52,957 nucleotides of DNA from a virus (Duplodnaviria; Caudoviricetes). The stretch covers positions 1 to 52,957 of IMG/VR virus record IMGVR_UViG_3300037478_000397. One strand, 5' to 3'. The notes below the pieces were generated by a model. The model saw only the letters and a program-made list of their open reading frames with translations. It did no database searches and was not told where the DNA came from. The translations under genes and the position numbers were made by a program. This document shows, in pieces, positions 19,176 through 28,737 of the stretch; position 1 is the first letter of the stretch; each line of letters opens with the position of its first letter.

Positions 19176-19843
19176 CTCTCCCCCTCGTTTCCGCGCTGAT
19201 GATTACCGGCAAGACGCCCGCGCATCGCCGTCTGGCAAAGGTCGCGGTGCAATGCTTCCACGCCCAAAGCTACGAGGCCCGGGAGCTAATCGTAATCAAC
19301 ACGGCCGAAGACGCCCCGTGGTTTCCCGGTGAGCCGAACGTCAAGGAATGCGTCAGCTTCGGCCAGACGCTAGGCGACCTCAGAAACGAATCGCTGGGCC
19401 TTGCCCGCGGCGAGCTTTGCATCCAATGGGACGATGATGACTGGCATCACCACGATCGTATCCGCTACCAAGTCGTTCATCACTCCCGCGGCAGCATCAC
19501 GTTCTTACGCCGGCAATACCGGCTTGATATTCAGACCGGCGAATGGGGTGTCTTGGACGCGGCCGGTTGGCCGATGGGCGGCATCGTCGGAACCGTGCTG
19601 CATGACCGCACTGACTTCCGCTATCCGTCCTTGCCGCGGGGCGAAGATGCCGCGTTTATTCGCCAATGGTTGGTACGTAATCCCCTAGACAACCGCGCGG
19701 AATTGTACGTGCGACTTTTCCACGGCGGCAACACGTGGGACAGGCAAAAGGTGATGGGTCCGGTGCTCAAAGAGCATCGGAAATTCAAGGGTTCGCAAGC
19801 CTTCATCGATGACATTCGGAAGATTTACGATGGGACGAATTGA
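19172..19843 (+). CDS. GT-A fold (family 2-like) glycosyltransferase
   Basis: PLVSALM, QSY..ELIV, LGDLRN, QWDDDDW, GED. Confidence 0.85.
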   Translation: MTLPLVSALMITGKTPAHRRLAKVAVQCFHAQSYEARELIVINTAEDAPWFPGEPNVKECVSFGQTLGDLRNESLGLARGELCIQWDDDDWHHHDRIRYQVVHHSRGSITFLRRQYRLDIQTGEWGVLDAAGWPMGGIVGTVLHDRTDFRYPSLPRGEDAAFIRQWLVRNPLDNRAELYVRLFHGGNTWDRQKVMGPVLKEHRKFKGSQAFIDDIRKIYDGTN

Positions 19844-20351
19844 GCTATTAGAGCGTCTGCCCAAAGGCGAAGTCGTGGCCGAAGTCGGCGTTGCACGCGG
19901 CGCGCACGCGGCGATGATCCTCGAAGTCTGCCAGCCGAAGGCGTTGCACCTCATTGACCATTGGCCGCAACAGAGCGGCATCAACCACGTTCGGGAGCGG
20001 TTCGCGCCGCAGATCAAAGCCGGGCAAGTCAAGCTGCACCGCGGCAAGTCGGCCGCCACGCTTCTAAGCTTCCCCGCCGCGGCGTTCTCCTGGACCTACA
20101 TCGATGCCGGGCATAGCTACGCTGCCGTTCTGGCGGACTTGCACGCCGCGTCGCGTGTCTCGCGGGAGTTTATCGCCGGGCACGACTATATCGATCCCCA
20201 ACGGCATCCACGGGCCAAGCGAAAGGGGTGGGGTGTGATTCCCGCCGTGGCAAAATTCTGCGAGAGCGGCGAATGGGAGTTGATCTTCTCGCCGCCGGTC
20301 GACACCGAAGCGATTGATAATTCCGGGTTCATTCTGAAGCGAGTCGCATGA
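19830..20351 (+). CDS. Class I SAM methyltransferase (Methyltransf_24-like)
   Basis: AEVGVARG, IDHW, YIDAGHSY, IAGHDY, GV..AV. Confidence 0.85.
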   Translation: MGRIELLERLPKGEVVAEVGVARGAHAAMILEVCQPKALHLIDHWPQQSGINHVRERFAPQIKAGQVKLHRGKSAATLLSFPAAAFSWTYIDAGHSYAAVLADLHAASRVSREFIAGHDYIDPQRHPRAKRKGWGVIPAVAKFCESGEWELIFSPPVDTEAIDNSGFILKRVA

Positions 20352-21130
20352 GTTATTTCCTCGCCTGGTCGAAAGACGCCAAGGTCCGCCGCTACTCTAC
20401 CAGCGGCGGGGCCACCAAGGAAATCCTGCGCCACGCGCTGGCCAGCGGGTTCGTCGACCGGCTTGTCTTCCCGCGCCTCGCCGGTACGCGGGCGGAAGTC
20501 GTCTGTACGGCCAATGCGAGCGACTTGATGACGCCGGCGGCGAATAGCGTCTACCAGCCCGTATCGAGCCTTGCGGGCCTCAGGCGCGTGCCCGATGGGC
20601 TGACGTGCGGGATTACGCTGTTGCCTTGCCACCTCGAAGCGGCTCGCCGGTCTGCGCCCGTGGCCGCAAAGATTGGCCTGGCAATCGAACTGCTCTGCGA
20701 TTACGTCCCGAAAATGACATGGACGAATCGCCTGCTCGAATCGTTCGGAGTCTCGCCGACCGACGTGCGGCAACTGTACTACCGCCGCGGCAACTGGCCG
20801 GGCCGAACCGAACTGCACCTTCACGACGGCCGCACGCTCGCGCGCCGCTGGGGAAAGGACTGGGATAGCGACCCGGCAATCGACGGCCCCAAAGCCTGCC
20901 AAGCCTGCACGCGAATCGAATGCCACGGCGACATCGTGGTGGGAGATCCGTGGCGGCTCGAGCGCAAGCACTCAGGCCAACCGGGCAAATCGATGTTGTG
21001 GATTGTCAACCCCGACGTCCTGGACGTGGTGAAGGGAGCGAACATTGCGCTCGAGCCGATTACCGCGGCGGACTGGGTGCGGTCAACGGCGCGGCACAAC
21101 GCGGCCAAACGGGAAAGGATGCCGGCGTGA
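20348..21130 (+). CDS. FrhB/FdhB (F420 hydrogenase beta subunit)-like protein
   Basis: STSGGA, S.Y, LLPCH, LLC, YRRGNWPG, ACQAC, DIVVGDPW. Confidence 0.8.
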   Translation: MSYFLAWSKDAKVRRYSTSGGATKEILRHALASGFVDRLVFPRLAGTRAEVVCTANASDLMTPAANSVYQPVSSLAGLRRVPDGLTCGITLLPCHLEAARRSAPVAAKIGLAIELLCDYVPKMTWTNRLLESFGVSPTDVRQLYYRRGNWPGRTELHLHDGRTLARRWGKDWDSDPAIDGPKACQACTRIECHGDIVVGDPWRLERKHSGQPGKSMLWIVNPDVLDVVKGANIALEPITAADWVRSTARHNAAKRERMPA

Positions 21131-21897
21131 AAACGATCACCACCAACTTCTGGCGCTGCTACCGCCCCACGTGGAACTTCGGCGAGGCTCTTGTGCCGCT
21201 GATAATCAACCACTTCGGCTACCAATGGAGCGTTGCGCCAACCCCCGGCACGCCAACGCTGTTGATGATCGGAAGCGAACTTCGCCACAACTTCGTCCAG
21301 CAGTTGACCTTGCAGGACCGCCAGCCGGTCGTGTGGGGTTGCGGGTGGTCACACGGCAATCCGCCGCGGAAAGTCGACGCGCGTGCCGTGCGCGGGCCGA
21401 TCACGCGGGACAAGTTGGGCTTGCCGAAGTCTACTCCGCTGGGCGACCCTGGCTTCCTGCTGCCAACCGTTTATCCGGGGCAACACCAAGGGGGCACGGG
21501 GACGCTCTACGCGCCCCATTGGCACAACCGGAAACTGTTGGCGCGCGGCGTAGGTGAGCTTTTCTTTAACGTGGAAACGACTGCCTTCCCGGTGCTGGCC
21601 AACGTCAAAGCGAAGATCGACCGGCTCATTCAGGCTGACTTCGTATTCACCAGTTCGCTCCACGTGGCCATCGCTTGCATCGCGTACAAGGTTCCGTTCG
21701 CTCCACTGATTCGCGGCGCCGAACAAATCAACAAGCCGGTGAAGTGGCAAGACGTTTCCGCTTGGTTTGGCTCGCCGCTGGAATTCTCGGACACGGATGC
21801 GGCGGCGCGAAGCTGGTGGGAGCGAGTCGGCCAGAACATCGAAGTGCCAGACCTCTCGCCGTTGGTCAAATCCTTCCCCCACGAAATTGCGGACTGA
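21127..21897 (+). CDS. Polysaccharide pyruvyl transferase-like protein
   Basis: NFGE, IGS, VWGCG, AVRGPIT, GDPG, PH, TSSLH. Confidence 0.85.
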   Translation: MKTITTNFWRCYRPTWNFGEALVPLIINHFGYQWSVAPTPGTPTLLMIGSELRHNFVQQLTLQDRQPVVWGCGWSHGNPPRKVDARAVRGPITRDKLGLPKSTPLGDPGFLLPTVYPGQHQGGTGTLYAPHWHNRKLLARGVGELFFNVETTAFPVLANVKAKIDRLIQADFVFTSSLHVAIACIAYKVPFAPLIRGAEQINKPVKWQDVSAWFGSPLEFSDTDAAARSWWERVGQNIEVPDLSPLVKSFPHEIAD

Positions 21898-21898
21898 C

Positions 21899-22693
21899 AT
21901 GCGTTGCTACACCACCATTCTCGACGGCGACGCGGATATCCTGCCCTACTTCGTGCGCCACTATCGACGGCTGGGAGCCGACACGTTCCCCGTGTTGGTC
22001 TATGGCAAACTGAAGACGGCCAGCGGCAAGCAGCTTGACGACGTGCCGCGCACGCACGCGCACGCACGCAAGATCATCGAAGCGGAAGGCGGCCGATACT
22101 TTCCGCTGGGCAGTTTTCCGCAAGCACGGTTCACCGCACGGAATCGAGACCTGTTCATTCGGAGCCGACACCCCGAAGGCGAGTGGGCGTTTTTCCCCGA
22201 TCTGGACGAATTCGCCGCCGTCACGCCGCAGTTCGTGCAAGAGGTTGTGAGCGGCGCTCGAGCTTGTCCGTTCGTGGAGGCGACATGGATTGATCGTGTC
22301 GGCCCAGGCGGCGCGCTGGTGAAAGTCGACGCGAGCAAAGCCACGCTCGAAGAGCAATTCCCAATGGCCACGAACAAGCCCCTTGCGAAAGTGCTGGGGT
22401 TCGGCTCGCCGGTGTACGTGCTCTCGCCAGTGGGCCCGCGAATCCATCACCCCAACGTCTGCGAGTGGGGAAGCCCGCAACGAAAGAAGTCGATTGTGGT
22501 TCGCTCGCATCATTTCAAGTGGCAATCGAGCGTACTATTGAGACTCCGGCGACGTCTGCGGCGAATCCGGCTAAAGGGCAAGAGGGATAGCCGCTGGGCG
22601 CATCGCGTCGGGCGGCAACTTCGCCACTTGGAAGAGCACAACGGAATTCGCGAATCGCTGTTAAGAGAAGTCGGGAGCGTGCTTGGGATCTAA
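21899..22693 (+). CDS. Putative glycosyltransferase (GT2_4/GT92-like)
   Basis: LPYFVRHYRRLG, W..FPDLDEF, IDR, HHFKW. Confidence 0.7.
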   Translation: MRCYTTILDGDADILPYFVRHYRRLGADTFPVLVYGKLKTASGKQLDDVPRTHAHARKIIEAEGGRYFPLGSFPQARFTARNRDLFIRSRHPEGEWAFFPDLDEFAAVTPQFVQEVVSGARACPFVEATWIDRVGPGGALVKVDASKATLEEQFPMATNKPLAKVLGFGSPVYVLSPVGPRIHHPNVCEWGSPQRKKSIVVRSHHFKWQSSVLLRLRRRLRRIRLKGKRDSRWAHRVGRQLRHLEEHNGIRESLLREVGSVLGI

Positions 22694-22776
22694 ACATGGT
22701 CGCACTCACCTTTATGAAGGACACGACAATGGAACTGGAAGAGCGTGCTTGGGATCTAAACATGGACGCACTCACC
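22675..22776 (+). repeat. 36-bp direct repeat pair with 30-bp spacer
   Basis: GAGCGTGCTTGGGATCTAAACATGG(T/A)CGCACTCACC at 22675 and 22741. Confidence 0.9.
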
Positions 22777-24024
22777 AAAGCCTGGACGCCACTGCGATAC
22801 CACCCGGTTCAAGCCCGGCTGTGGCGCACGCGGGCGCGGTTCGTTGGCGTGGCGGCCGGCCGGGGAAGTGGGAAAACGGAACTCGCTCGCCGCCGCGTGG
22901 TACGCTATCTGTGCGTTCGCAAGCCGTGGCCAGACCCGCTCTACTTTTACGCGCTGCCAACCCGTGACCAGGCGAAGCGAGTGGCGTGGAATGCGCTCAA
23001 AGACTTGGTGCCGAAGCACTGGATAAGCGGCATAAGCGAAACCGAGTTGACGGTTACGACCGTGTTCGGCTCGAAGCTGTTTTTGTTGGGACTCGACAAG
23101 CCCGAGCGAGCCGAAGGCGTCCAGTGGGACGGCGGCGTGATTGACGAATCGAGCGACCAGAGGCCGGGCGTATTTGACCGCAACTTATTACCTGCGCTTT
23201 CTCATCGCGACCCTTGGTGTTGGCGAATTGGAGTGCCAAAGCGCAGCGGCCCTGGCGCTATCGAGTTTCGCGAATTCTGTGAAGACGCGGCCGAAGAGTT
23301 TTACACGTGGCCATCTGCCGACATTCTTACCGCAGACCAAATCGCCTACGCGCGAAAAACCCTTGACGCGAAAGACTACTCGGAACAATTCGAGGCGAAC
23401 TGGGAAGACGCTGGCGGCCGAATCTTCTACGCGTTTTCCGCGGCCAACATTAGCGACCGCGCGTGTTATCGGCCCGACCTGCCCTTGACTGTGGGATGCG
23501 ATTTCAACGTCGACCCTATGTGTTGGGAACTTGGCCACAAGTTTCCCGATCACCTTGAAACGTTCGATACGCTTTTCATCCGCGACTGCAACACGCCGGC
23601 CGCACTCGATGAACTGCATCGACGCTACGGCCAGCACATGGCCGGGTGGCAGTTTTTCCTAGACGCATCGGCCAAGGCGCGCAAGACGTCTGCCAGCGCG
23701 AGCGACCTCCTGCATATCCGCAACGACGAGCGATTCAAGGACCGCCGAGTGTACGCCACGGCAGCTAATCCGCCTGTCGCCGATAGGTTCGCAAGTTGCA
23801 ACGCGCTTTTCAAAAACGCCGCCGGTGAAGTACGATACTACGTACACCCGCGGTGCAAGCCGCTGATAAAAGACTTGGAGTCGCGGCAGTATTCGCAAGG
23901 GACGCGGTTGCCGGATGACTACGGCGACTTGGGGCACATGAGCGATGCCCTTGGCTATCGCGTCCATTCGTTGTTTCCACTTCGCCCGATTCAACTTGGT
24001 GGCGTACCGGAGATTGCCGCATAA
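22696..24024 (+). CDS. terL: Terminase large subunit (ancestral start probably 22762)
   Basis: AAGRGSGKT Walker A, GGVIDE Walker B, QFEANW, GCDFNVDP, HMSDALGY nuclease motif. Confidence 0.93.
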   Translation: MVALTFMKDTTMELEERAWDLNMDALTKAWTPLRYHPVQARLWRTRARFVGVAAGRGSGKTELARRRVVRYLCVRKPWPDPLYFYALPTRDQAKRVAWNALKDLVPKHWISGISETELTVTTVFGSKLFLLGLDKPERAEGVQWDGGVIDESSDQRPGVFDRNLLPALSHRDPWCWRIGVPKRSGPGAIEFREFCEDAAEEFYTWPSADILTADQIAYARKTLDAKDYSEQFEANWEDAGGRIFYAFSAANISDRACYRPDLPLTVGCDFNVDPMCWELGHKFPDHLETFDTLFIRDCNTPAALDELHRRYGQHMAGWQFFLDASAKARKTSASASDLLHIRNDERFKDRRVYATAANPPVADRFASCNALFKNAAGEVRYYVHPRCKPLIKDLESRQYSQGTRLPDDYGDLGHMSDALGYRVHSLFPLRPIQLGGVPEIAA

Positions 24025-25385
24025 TGCCTGGCCCTATTTTGATGACGGCGAACGGCCGTGCCTCGATGAAGGAGCAGACTGGCCCGCAGGTGGCGGCCAT
24101 TCCTTGGCTGACGTCCGGTGAACTGTCGCACCAAGAGGGGCGCACCAGCCAGACATTGACGGCCGCAAAGGTCCGCCAGATGCGTCGCGACCCGACAATC
24201 TCACTCGCTCGCGAGTTGTCGATGGCGCCCATCCTTTCGTCGGAATGGTCCGTTGAAGCAGAAGAGGAAGCGCCCGAGGGTGCGAAGGAATTCATTCAGC
24301 AGGAGCTATTGCCGCTGCGAATCCACGTCGTCAAGACGGGGCTGTCTGGCTGGATTGATTGGGGTTGGCAACCCTACGAAAAAATCTTTGGCGATGCCAA
24401 GGACGGCCGAATCGGGTTGAAGAAATTGAAGCCGTTGCTCCAAGACTTCACGACGATCCTAGTGGATAACAAGACGGGAGCTTACGCCGGGCTGAAGCAA
24501 TCGATTGTGGGCACGCCCGTGATACTTGGCGTGCCGGAGTCGCTGTTGCTCAGTTTCGACGTCGAGGGAACGGACTGGCGTGGTCAATCCATCATGGAGA
24601 AGGCGGAATTGACCTACGACGCTTGGCTGAAAATCGAATCGGCGGCGAATCGCTACGACCAGAAGGTCGCGGGTTCGCATTGGGTCGTTCACTATCCGCG
24701 CGGCACGTCGAAAGTAAACGGGGTCGACACTGACAATTTCACGGTCGCGAAACAACTGCTCAACACGTTGGAGGCGAGCGGCGGCATCGCGGTCCCGTCG
24801 CTCGCTGACGAGGTGATTGCGAATCTGAATATCCAGGCCAAATTCCCGAAGGCGTGGGAAATCGAACTGTTATCAGACACCGGCAACGCCCGCGCAAACT
24901 TCATCGACCGGCAGAAGTACCTTGACGCGCGGCTGGTTCGCGCCTTCGGCTTGCCGGAGCGGGCCATCCTGGAAGGCCAGTTTGGCACGAAGGCGGAAGC
25001 GGAAGCCCACGCGGACCTCGCGATAGCAAACATGGACTTGCGCCATCAAAAGCTGGTGCAAGATATCAACTGGCACTTGGTCAACCAGCTTTTGCGGTTC
25101 AACTTCGGGCCCGACGCGGAAGGCAGCGTGTACCTCTCGCCGTCGCCGATCGCGGACCTCGCGATTCAGTTCTTGCGGCAACTGTTCTTGGCGATGGTGG
25201 GCAACCCCGAAGGCTTTGCGACGTTCGTTTCCGGCGTGGATTTGGAGTCGCTGTTTGACCGTTTGAACGTGCCGGTGCGGCCGGATGCAAACCTTGACGC
25301 GGCTGGCTATAATTCACCGTTGATTCCTACGGGGCCGCGTGTGGGGGCTGGGGAAATTGAAGATGTGGTGCGATTTACAGCATGA
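24024..25385 (+). CDS. Portal protein (DUF935/Mu gp29-like)
   Basis: Follows terL; WGWQPYEKIF, GQS, GTKAEAEAH. Confidence 0.85.
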   Translation: MPGPILMTANGRASMKEQTGPQVAAIPWLTSGELSHQEGRTSQTLTAAKVRQMRRDPTISLARELSMAPILSSEWSVEAEEEAPEGAKEFIQQELLPLRIHVVKTGLSGWIDWGWQPYEKIFGDAKDGRIGLKKLKPLLQDFTTILVDNKTGAYAGLKQSIVGTPVILGVPESLLLSFDVEGTDWRGQSIMEKAELTYDAWLKIESAANRYDQKVAGSHWVVHYPRGTSKVNGVDTDNFTVAKQLLNTLEASGGIAVPSLADEVIANLNIQAKFPKAWEIELLSDTGNARANFIDRQKYLDARLVRAFGLPERAILEGQFGTKAEAEAHADLAIANMDLRHQKLVQDINWHLVNQLLRFNFGPDAEGSVYLSPSPIADLAIQFLRQLFLAMVGNPEGFATFVSGVDLESLFDRLNVPVRPDANLDAAGYNSPLIPTGPRVGAGEIEDVVRFTA

Positions 25386-25534
25386 CGAGCGCGTTAGAAA
25401 TGAAATCACAATCGTTCCTCAGAAAGTCGGCAAGTGTCAGCGATGCGGCGAGACGAAACTGTTAGCACAATGCCCGCAGTGCGAATTGTGGCTCTGTGAG
25501 ATTTGCGGGTACACTCACCTCTGCGATTACCGAA

Positions 25535-25954
25535 ATGGCCTACGCCACGCGAGCCAACGTCGAAAGCATCTTTGGCGCGAATAACGTCAGCCAATGGGCA
25601 AACCGCGACAACGACGGCGACGGCGGGAAGATTACCGCGGCCATCGCGGACGCGCTCGCACGCGCGGAAACGCGGATTGACGACCGGCTTCGCGAGGGGC
25701 CGTATGCGATTCCGTTCACCGTGACGCCCGAACAGGTGACGGAGATTACCGCGATGCTGGCCGGCGTGCTGCTTTACGAATGGCGGCGGATTGTCGACCT
25801 GGCTGGGGAAGAACAGGGCACGCCGAACCCGACGGCGCATCACAAGAAGCACGTTGAAGAAGTGATTCGCGACATTCACGGCGGAAGGGTTCGATTTTCG
25901 GCAGTGGATAAGACGTTCACCGATTATCCGAAGGCGGTGGTAGATGATAGCTGA
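25535..25954 (+). CDS. Head-tail adaptor (Mu gp36/DUF1320-like)
   Basis: MAYAT..., A..RIDDRL..Y.IP, IRDI..G. Confidence 0.8.
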   Translation: MAYATRANVESIFGANNVSQWANRDNDGDGGKITAAIADALARAETRIDDRLREGPYAIPFTVTPEQVTEITAMLAGVLLYEWRRIVDLAGEEQGTPNPTAHHKKHVEEVIRDIHGGRVRFSAVDKTFTDYPKAVVDDS

Positions 25955-26117
25955 ACAGGAAGTTGCCGAAGCCATGCGAAGGCTGAAGGAAAATGTTTGC
26001 GGATCGTCGCTCGATTGGGCATACGTCGAATGCGACCTGGGTCCGCATGAGGGGCCGGACTTAAGGGCCGATGTAGAGACGGTCTTGAAATATCTTGAGT
26101 CGATTGGCGTGAAATGA
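25944..26117 (+). CDS. Small hypothetical protein (57 aa, below the ORF-track cutoff)
   Basis: MIAEQEVAEAMRRL...; TGA overlaps the ATG of the next gene. Confidence 0.45.
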   Translation: MIAEQEVAEAMRRLKENVCGSSLDWAYVECDLGPHEGPDLRADVETVLKYLESIGVK

Positions 26118-26986
26118 CCTCCCCTCTCAACGCCACGCGCATCGAAACCGAACTCCGCTCTATCGAGCGCCGCGGCGCTCTCGCTGCCGTCGCCCTCACG
26201 ACCCGCATCAAAGCTGAAATACTCCACGCGATTCGCACGGGCCGGCCGATGCCAGACGTGGGCGACATGGTGGTCGACCGGCTGACGCCGCTCATGCTGG
26301 ACGCCGCGGTGGTAGCCTACGGGCGAGGCTTTCAGCGCTCGCGACTAATCGCCCGTCTTCCGCGCGCGCCCGCAGACACGACGTTCACGCTTGGCATCTT
26401 TGACAGCGCACTTACGGCCCTCGGAAAATTCTTTGACATCGACGCGGTCAAGGCGGTCCTGCAAACCGACGTCGTGGAAGTGCTGCGCGGGGCTGGCGAG
26501 CATGTAGAGCGCGAGCTACGGCCAGTGGTGTCGGAAGTCATCGCAGCCGGCGAGCACACGCGCGAGGGCATCAAGGCCATTGGTGCGAAGTTTGACGCGC
26601 TAGGCATGGGCCAACAACCGTATCGACTAGAGGCAATCTTTCGGACGCAAACGCAACTCACCTACGGCGCCGGCCGGTGGCAAGCCGATCAGGATCCCGA
26701 CATCCAAGACATTTTGTGGGGCTACGAGTACAACACGGTGGGCGATGATCGGGTAAGGCCGAGCCATGTTGCTCTTGACGGGACGCGGCTGCCAAAGGAA
26801 AATCCATTCTGGCGAGAATACTGGCCGCCGAACGGGTACAATTGCCGGTGCGCTGCTTTGCCGATCTTTCACGGTGAAGCGGAAGCCAAGAGCAAACACC
26901 CACCGCTTGGCGAGGGCGGCCGGGTAGTGCGACCAGATCCAGGGTTTGCTTTCAATCCAGGAGACGTGTTCAAAGTAACCGCATAA
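26114..26986 (+). CDS. Head morphogenesis protein (Mu gpF/SPP1 gp7 family)
   Basis: RLEAIFRT, YNTVGDDRVRPSH..LDG, FW..YWPPNGYNCRC, PDPGFAFNPG. Confidence 0.92.
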   Translation: MTSPLNATRIETELRSIERRGALAAVALTTRIKAEILHAIRTGRPMPDVGDMVVDRLTPLMLDAAVVAYGRGFQRSRLIARLPRAPADTTFTLGIFDSALTALGKFFDIDAVKAVLQTDVVEVLRGAGEHVERELRPVVSEVIAAGEHTREGIKAIGAKFDALGMGQQPYRLEAIFRTQTQLTYGAGRWQADQDPDIQDILWGYEYNTVGDDRVRPSHVALDGTRLPKENPFWREYWPPNGYNCRCAALPIFHGEAEAKSKHPPLGEGGRVVRPDPGFAFNPGDVFKVTA

Positions 26987-27128
26987 ACTCACAGGGGCCG
27001 CGGAAATATCGCGGCCTACTTCGGCGAGGCGGGGCTGGCCGGCCCTTTACTCAGACGCCGTAGACGTCGAGCCTTTACGGGGGTTCGCGAGAAATCGCGT
27101 GCCCCTGTTTTATTTTAAGGCTTGACTG

Positions 27129-28196
27129 ATGTTCGACGTTTCGCACAAGTATTCACCGCTTCCGGGCACCGACGCCTGGACTCTTGCCGCTGCCGGTGAA
27201 TCGCCCGCCGAGCGCGTCTACCGCAAGGAAGTAATCTACGCCGGCAAATTCTTGATGCAGAATGGCGACGGCGAACGCTTCGAGTCGGAAGTTGACGACG
27301 CGGCTCTGGACCACTGGGCGGACACCCACGCCAAAATGCTGGCCGCGGGGATCGAAGTCCCGCTACCAATCGAGCATACCAGCGACCCGGAAAAGCGCCG
27401 CGGAACAGTCGTCAAGCTGGCGAAGGAAATCAACAGCCGCGGCGAGTCTGCGCTCTTCGCCTACGTCAAATTCCGAGACGCGGAAGCCGAGAAAGCTTTC
27501 AAGCATTCCGACGTCTCACTCTATTCGCCGCCCTCGTTCACCGATGGCAACGGGCAAACGTACTACCGGCCGGTGAGGCACCTTGCGCTTACCGATTACC
27601 CCGTCATTCCCAAGCTGGACAAGTTCCATGCGGTTTCCCTTTCCCTCTCAGGAGCAAGCAAAATGCCCGCGTTGCAATCACTCGCCAAGAAGCTAGGCAT
27701 CAGCCTGGAGGCGGAAGACAACGATGCCGCGATCAGCAGCAAGATTCTCGCCGCGTTCAAGGCGGCGAAGAAAGGCGGCGTCAAGAAAGACCCGAAGCTG
27801 TCCGACCCGCCCGTCGACCCACCGGCGCCCGAACCGAAGCCGGATCCCGTCAAGCCGACAAGCGTTTCGCCGCTGCTGCTGTCGTCGATCAAAGACAGCC
27901 GGCAGGCGAAGCTTGACAAGCTGGTTGCCGAGCATCGCATCACGCCGGCCGTGCGGGACGACCTGGTCAAGCAGTACCTCGCCGATGCCGGCATCACGGC
28001 ATGCCTGTCCGATTCGGCAGTCAACGACGGCTTCGATGGGTTGATCGTCGCGCTTGCCAAAAACGAGCCCGTCATCAAAGGCGAGCAAACCGGGCCGCAA
28101 GTCCTGGAGCTTGGCGTTCGCGAGCAGCAAGGCGAGGAAAACCCGCTTGTGGCCGACATGGAACGGCGAGCGAAAGCCTACGCCGCGGCCGGGTAA
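27129..28196 (+). CDS. Mu gpI-like prohead protease/scaffold
   Basis: IEH, VS, HLALTDYP protease motifs; helical C-terminus. Confidence 0.8.
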   Translation: MFDVSHKYSPLPGTDAWTLAAAGESPAERVYRKEVIYAGKFLMQNGDGERFESEVDDAALDHWADTHAKMLAAGIEVPLPIEHTSDPEKRRGTVVKLAKEINSRGESALFAYVKFRDAEAEKAFKHSDVSLYSPPSFTDGNGQTYYRPVRHLALTDYPVIPKLDKFHAVSLSLSGASKMPALQSLAKKLGISLEAEDNDAAISSKILAAFKAAKKGGVKKDPKLSDPPVDPPAPEPKPDPVKPTSVSPLLLSSIKDSRQAKLDKLVAEHRITPAVRDDLVKQYLADAGITACLSDSAVNDGFDGLIVALAKNEPVIKGEQTGPQVLELGVREQQGEENPLVADMERRAKAYAAAG

Positions 28197-28261
28197 ATCC
28201 GCAAATCGTTTCACGTTCAATCGCTTGATAATTTATTCACTCACTACGGAGTTGTAAGAAC

Positions 28262-28678
28262 ATGGGAACCCCTTTGACACTCGACAAGCGGTTGGGCGAC
28301 TTCCTGATTCACGAAGAGTCGCAGGAGTATTGCCGCGAGTCGATCACACTCACCAACGACGAATCCGCGGCCGGCTCGTTCGAGATCGGCTTTCCGCTTT
28401 TGGAGTCGGGCGGAACGTGGACGCCGGCCCGCACCGCCGAACACGCTTCGGTGGACGGCGTGTTACTCGAAAACGTCGACAACTTGGCGGCAGCCGGCAC
28501 AAAGGTTGTTGCCGTCCTTCGCCGCGGCCCCGCGGTCATCAACCAGAACAAACTGCCGGCCGCCGATTACGCCGACGCCGCGTTCGTGGCCGCTGAACTG
28601 GTCGCACGCTTGGCTGCGCTGTCGCCGCCGATTATCGCCAAGAGCGAACCGACAAAGACTTCCACGCAAACCACGTAG
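28262..28678 (+). CDS. Head decoration protein
   Basis: DFLIHE....CRESITL, GVLL, RGPAVIN; lies between protease and capsid genes. Confidence 0.8.
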   Translation: MGTPLTLDKRLGDFLIHEESQEYCRESITLTNDESAAGSFEIGFPLLESGGTWTPARTAEHASVDGVLLENVDNLAAAGTKVVAVLRRGPAVINQNKLPAADYADAAFVAAELVARLAALSPPIIAKSEPTKTSTQTT

Positions 28679-28737
28679 GCCGCAAGGCATCACCCCGCGC
28701 GGCTTGCCGCGAAGCAACCTTTTAGGAGACTTTTCTT

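Noticed and set aside
22675-22776. CRISPR mini-array (36-bp repeat, 30-bp spacer)
   Set aside because: Only two copies, non-palindromic, made of the GT gene end and terL start; no leader or cas genes
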